From IMG/VR virus record IMGVR_UViG_3300045609_000049: a DNA stretch of 64,000 nucleotides. One strand, given 5' to 3'. Each line of letters begins with the position of its first letter. The first letter of the stretch is position 1. Source of the stretch: an uncultured virus (IMG/VR IMGVR_UViG_3300045609_000049). Taxonomy: Duplodnaviria > Heunggongvirae > Uroviricota > Caudoviricetes. The notes below the pieces were generated by a model. It ran no database searches. It saw only the letters and a program-made list of their open reading frames with translations, and had not been told where the DNA came from. Shown in pieces: positions 59,484 through 64,000 of this stretch. A program made the translations under genes and the position numbers.

Positions 59484-59610
59484 ATGTTACAAATACGAAA
59501 TTCTATTTTTTGAAACTAATAAGTATAAGGATCATCCAGAAGATATGGGAGTTCCTGATGGTTGGAACAAAGAAGTACTTAAATTTGCTACAGAACTGAT
59601 TTCACTGTAG
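59484..59610 (+). pseudogene. Deleted FETNSSS-family remnant
   Basis: MLQIRNSI..ETN start joined to KYKDHPEDMGVPDGW, matching KYRNCPEDLGVPNGW of the 46534 gene. Confidence 0.55.
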
Positions 59611-59707
59611 TAGAATGGGGTAGTAGAGAAGCTAAATAAAGAGCTATTTAATTATATAAGTAATTTGTCAAATTATTGTAGAAAATCAATTAAAAAAAGG
59701 AGATACT

Positions 59708-60043
59708 ATGATTGAAGTAATTTTCAGTGAAGGTGATTTCACATTATGTAAAGAAGATGGTATTGGAATAAGTGATACGCCTTGGGAAGGTCTTATCGTA
59801 AAAAGTTCTGATGCAGCTGAAAAGCACGTAGTAGAAGTTAGACTCTACAGAGTTGGTCATCCACCTTTTGATGGTACGCCTGTTAAGTATAGATACGATC
59901 CTGAGAGAACTGAAATCTCGCATGGTATGCGTATGCGAGTAGATACATTTGCAGATACTGAAGAGTATATTAAAGTTCTTGAGGCAGCTTTAGCGTTTGC
60001 TAAACGAGTTAACCAATACATTATTGATAGTGATTGGACATAA
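59708..60043 (+). CDS. Hypothetical protein
   Basis: Promoter motif and RBS. Confidence 0.6.
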   Translation: MIEVIFSEGDFTLCKEDGIGISDTPWEGLIVKSSDAAEKHVVEVRLYRVGHPPFDGTPVKYRYDPERTEISHGMRMRVDTFADTEEYIKVLEAALAFAKRVNQYIIDSDWT

Positions 60044-60055
60044 GGAGGAATTACT

Positions 60056-60421
60056 ATGCAATATGCAGAATTAGAAGAACATTTAACGTTCTTTGATAAC
60101 GCCGCTAAAGCTTATGAACAATATAGTCATGGAAATTCTGAAAATGATATGGAATATGCTGGATTTATTTCTGGAGATTTACATGAAACACATGAAATTC
60201 TCTTATATGCACTTTCTGATTCTAGAGAAAACTATGATGCAGTTACAAAGTTTTTAGAGGAGCATTGTCCTAATACATTTAATATCATGATTGCAAACTT
60301 AGCTAGTCGTCCAGATGATTACGAGGCACTTTACGATCTCTGCAGAGAAATTAACATTAGAAAAGAAGATAACTTTGAATTTCCTGAAGATTGTTTGCAA
60401 AAGATCAAAATCTATAAGTGA
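60056..60421 (+). CDS. Hypothetical protein
   Basis: ORF with RBS. Confidence 0.6.
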   Translation: MQYAELEEHLTFFDNAAKAYEQYSHGNSENDMEYAGFISGDLHETHEILLYALSDSRENYDAVTKFLEEHCPNTFNIMIANLASRPDDYEALYDLCREINIRKEDNFEFPEDCLQKIKIYK

Positions 60422-60863
60422 GGTGAATATTATGAAAAATGCGTTAGAAAAGCTTGTAGAATTTGCAGAAGAATCTGGTACAGATAATGTAACATTTACT
60501 GTAGAGTTATATGTTAAGGGGGCAGTAAGATGACCTATAGAGAACTAAAGCCCCCTATTAAGAGGTTTATATTATGTAAACTTTGATTATGATATTTTAT
60601 GTGATTTTGCTGAAAAGGCTGGATTCAATCTTATGAATGAACGAATCTTTGAACATTATGGACCACATGAAGCATATTTAGACGGTCTTGTGGACGATGA
60701 ACCTATATCAATTATGGATCCAGCTTGGGAAAATCTTGAACATTTGTCTAATGATAATTTTGTAAAAGATATATCACTTGATCGTTATACAGTTGATAAG
60801 ATTGAAGCTGATGACGAACATGGAATGGTGGTTCACCTTGTTCATGAATAAGGAGGAGTTATT

Positions 60864-61337
60864 ATGAGCAGAATTATTTCATATGAAGAGGCTTATGCTT
60901 TAACTAGAGTATGGGATGATGTTGATATTGCAAATACACCTATTTTCAAAGAAGCAGCAGAAAATGGTAATGCAGACTTATATATGTGCACAACAACAAA
61001 TCCGGTATCAATTGATATTATATACAAATACGAGTTAGGTACAAAAGATGGTGTTGGAATCTATATTGTTCCAAGAAAAGGTTATATCAATACTTGGGAA
61101 GCTTTTGAACAGAATGGAGACATTCGTGCTGGAGTACATCTTGCAGATGGAATTGATCCAGAAGCCAGTCTTAATGAAATTGTCAATAAGGCATTAGCAA
61201 TACTAAATATTTGTCCAGTATGTGGAAAATCAGTTCCATTTAATGAACAGCATAAATATTCATTTGCTGGCAGATGCTGTAGTGAATGTCTTCCAGCTAT
61301 GAGAGAAAAGTTTGAAAAACCTGGTTGGTATGATTAA
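60864..61337 (+). CDS. Hypothetical protein with C-terminal zinc finger
   Basis: CPVCG...CCSEC. Confidence 0.65.
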   Translation: MSRIISYEEAYALTRVWDDVDIANTPIFKEAAENGNADLYMCTTTNPVSIDIIYKYELGTKDGVGIYIVPRKGYINTWEAFEQNGDIRAGVHLADGIDPEASLNEIVNKALAILNICPVCGKSVPFNEQHKYSFAGRCCSECLPAMREKFEKPGWYD

Positions 61338-61434
61338 ACAAGATGATGATTGACTATTTAATAATAATACAGATGTGAAAAAATGGCTTATCCGCTATGG
61401 GTAAGTCATTTTAGTTATAAAAGGAGGATTTATT

Positions 61435-61866
61435 ATGTATTCACGTAAGACACTTGCAAAGTACATTGACATTGCATTAAACGCCGGCGCAGCTAATGGC
61501 ATGGTTGCTGAACTTATGAGTGAGCTGGAACAGATTCCCGTAAAAGCGGAAATAGAGGGTATGTCTCCAGCCGAAGCAAAAGAAGAGCTTAATCGTAATC
61601 TACCGGATTATTTGCCAGATATGCTCGAAGAAGACGAAGTATATACTGAAAATCCTAAGTATAAAACAGAAGCTAGAGATTTCAATATATACGATAGTAC
61701 TGGAAAGGTTATGCTTACTGTTTCTCCAGATAGAACTATCGACGGTCATGGAACATTAACATTCACTGTACCATTTTCTAGTCCTGAAGATAAGGAAGCT
61801 TTCCTTGATTTCTGTGATAGACTTCAGAAAAAGAGTGCAGTAAAATATCCAAAGAGCGAAGAATAA
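61435..61866 (+). CDS. Hypothetical protein
   Basis: Promoter motif, leader hairpin, RBS. Confidence 0.65.
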   Translation: MYSRKTLAKYIDIALNAGAANGMVAELMSELEQIPVKAEIEGMSPAEAKEELNRNLPDYLPDMLEEDEVYTENPKYKTEARDFNIYDSTGKVMLTVSPDRTIDGHGTLTFTVPFSSPEDKEAFLDFCDRLQKKSAVKYPKSEE

Positions 61867-62112
61867 TTTTAGGAGGCGATAATCGTGTTTGATTATAATA
61901 AAGTAGATTGGCACAAGAATGGTGGTAAAGCTAAGCTTGACTTCTTTTCTTGTGACTTTAACGTAGAAGATAATTGCAATATTGTAACTTTCCATATTGT
62001 AGCATTTAATTGCAATGGTACAGATCTAAATTGCGCCGCAGACGATATTTTTAAAGCAAACGAAGTAGAAATCCACTAAGTCTTTAGCTTAGTGGATGAA
62101 TACGAGGTAATT

Positions 62113-62511
62113 ATGTCAAATTATAAAAGTAAAAATCATAGTAAATTTACTCTAAAATATCATATTATATTTGTTTGTAAATATCGTAAGAAATTATTAA
62201 TTAAATATGGAGAAGAAATAAAACAAATTATAAAAGATATTTCATATAAATATGATTTTGATATTTTAGAAATTGAAGTAGATAAAGACCATATTCATAT
62301 TTTAGTTGATAGTGAACCTAAATTATCTCCGTTAATGATAGTGAGAGTTCTTAAGCAACAATCAACTATAATTCTGTATGGCAGGCATCATACAGAATTA
62401 AAAAGACACTTCTGGAAAGAAAATACCTTTTGGACGGACGGATATTTTTGTTCAACAATAGGCGAAGTTAGTAGTAAAACTTTAGAAAAATATATTCAAA
62501 ATCAAGGATAA
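62113..62511 (+). CDS. tnpA: IS200/IS605 Y1 transposase
   Basis: YHIIFVCKYR, DHIH (HUH), FWTDGY, YIQNQ. Confidence 0.95.
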   Translation: MSNYKSKNHSKFTLKYHIIFVCKYRKKLLIKYGEEIKQIIKDISYKYDFDILEIEVDKDHIHILVDSEPKLSPLMIVRVLKQQSTIILYGRHHTELKRHFWKENTFWTDGYFCSTIGEVSSKTLEKYIQNQG

Positions 62512-62573
62512 ATACTTGACAAAAATTAATTAAAATGTGTTATAATAAATATAGAAAGAGAGGTGAATTAGAA

Positions 62574-63665
62574 ATGGCAAACAAGGCTTATAAATTCAGA
62601 TTATATCCTAATAATGAGCAAGAAATTCTTTTCAATAAAACTTTTGGATGTGTTAGATTTATTTTTAATAAAATGCTTGGTGATAAAATTGAGTATTATA
62701 AAGAAACAAAAGAGAAGTTAAATAATACACCTGCACAGTACAAAAAAGAATTTGAATGGCTTAAAGAAGTTGATAGTTTGGCTCTTGCAAATGCTCAACT
62801 GAATTTACAAACAGCTTATAATAATTTCTTCAGAAACACAAAAGCTGGTTTCCCTAAATTTAAGTCAAAGAAAAGAAATAAGTTTTCGTACACAACAAAT
62901 AATCAGAATGGGACTGTTGCTATCGTTGAAGGAAAGTTAAAACTTCCTAAGGTCGGACTGGTAAAAATGAAACAGCACAGGATTATTCCATCTGACCAAA
63001 AGATAAAATCGGCAACCATTTCAAAAACACCCTCTGGAAAATATTATGTTTCTGTTCTCGTTGAATATGAACAATACATACCAAATATTCAGCTTGATAA
63101 AGATAAAGTATTAGGATTAGATTACGCAAGTCATAGTTTCTATGTCGATAGTCAAGGCAGAGAAGCTGATTACCCACGTTTCTATCGTAATGCTCAAAAC
63201 AAACTTGCAAAAGAACAACGTAAACTTTCACTTATGAAATACGGCAGTAACAACTATTATAAGCAAAAAGTGGTTGTTGCAAAAATTCACGAGCATATAG
63301 CAAATCAACGCAAAGACTTCATTCATAAATTAAGCACCCAGCTTGCTAATGAATATGATTATATTTGCGTTGAGGATATAAATATGCAGGGCATGGCACA
63401 GTCACTCAAACTTGGTAAATCAACAAATGATAATGGGTTTGGAATGTTTAGAACAATTATTGGTTACAAACTTTTTGACAGAGGAAAACAGTTGATTAAG
63501 ATTGACAAATGGTTTCCATCAAGTAAAATGTGTAGGCATTGTGGAGCAATAAATAAAGATTTGACACTTGCTGACAGAGTTTGGACTTGTGAATGTGGTG
63601 CAGTTATCAATCGTGATGAAAATGCAGCTATAAATATAATGAATGTCGGACTAAGCACGGTCTGA
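62574..63665 (+). CDS. tnpB: RNA-guided endonuclease TnpB
   Basis: AYKFRLYP, GLD, VEDI, SSKMCRHCG, CECG, RDENAA. Confidence 0.95.
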   Translation: MANKAYKFRLYPNNEQEILFNKTFGCVRFIFNKMLGDKIEYYKETKEKLNNTPAQYKKEFEWLKEVDSLALANAQLNLQTAYNNFFRNTKAGFPKFKSKKRNKFSYTTNNQNGTVAIVEGKLKLPKVGLVKMKQHRIIPSDQKIKSATISKTPSGKYYVSVLVEYEQYIPNIQLDKDKVLGLDYASHSFYVDSQGREADYPRFYRNAQNKLAKEQRKLSLMKYGSNNYYKQKVVVAKIHEHIANQRKDFIHKLSTQLANEYDYICVEDINMQGMAQSLKLGKSTNDNGFGMFRTIIGYKLFDRGKQLIKIDKWFPSSKMCRHCGAINKDLTLADRVWTCECGAVINRDENAAINIMNVGLSTV

Positions 63666-64000
63666 TAGTACAGATATATAAAGAACCGTAGGAACTACGG
63701 GGATAGCCTGTTGATACTTATATCATTAGATAGATTGAGCAGGAAGCCAATTGGTCTTTAGCCAATTGGTAGTTCACTGGTCCATTTACAATTAAGTTTA
63801 ATAGACCACTTCGTCTGGCCGGTATTAGAGAAGTTACTTATGACGAAGAAGATGCCACGTTAATTATTGATGGAGAGCAGTATAGACCTATGTATTCGGA
63901 TATAATCTATTTCTGTGGAGATTTTCAAGCAGAAGAAAAACAGGCATTAGGTAACTTAATGAAACGTTTGGCAGAATACATAAAATTAAATTATGTATAA

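Larger units (their letters stand above)
62055..63777 (+). mobile_element. IS200/IS605-family insertion sequence
   Basis: Subterminal hairpins, tnpA plus tnpB, right end TTCAC, inserted 3' of TTTAA. Confidence 0.9.
61885..64000 (+). pseudogene. Hypothetical gene interrupted by IS605 (61885-62054 plus 63778-64000)
   Basis: Removing the IS gives DDIF-N-GPFTIKF... in frame to TAA at 63998-64000. Confidence 0.7.

Noticed and set aside
62055..63777. IStron (intron-IS hybrid)
   Set aside because: No group I core between the left end and tnpA
1..64000. cas genes, tRNA/rRNA genes, virion genes
   Set aside because: None recognised by eye; TnpB belongs to the IS and is not linked to the arrays

Overview
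AT-rich, almost entirely plus-strand segment of a large mobile element (jumbo phage or giant plasmid-like replicon) of a probably Firmicutes host. It carries ThyX, thymidine kinase, a UvrD-like helicase, sigma-70 factors, a class B sortase, an Eco57I-like restriction-modification cluster, many small orphan genes and an IS605 element. The main finding is two FtsK/SpoIIIE-like ATPase genes broken into separately encoded pieces. Gene 1: its N-half (261-1491, one group I intron) ends in GGTG plus a 16-aa intein N-piece. Its C-half (21880-32647, eight group I introns, nine exons) starts with a 41-aa intein C-piece followed by SGKS. The missing intein middle is a stand-alone gene (8431-8925), which makes this a candidate natural three-piece trans-splicing intein. 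Gene 2 repeats the design with a class-3-like intein middle (39205-39585) and a 12-aa C-piece (43059-43094), and also contains a 23-nt hairpin gap resembling a ribosomal bypass and a further intron. Four cas-less type I-E-like mini CRISPR arrays are scattered through the window. One replaces the homing endonuclease inside an intron, and its spacer matches the neighbouring intron at 30/32 nt. All splice junctions and family assignments were read by eye from motifs and base pairing; no searches were run.
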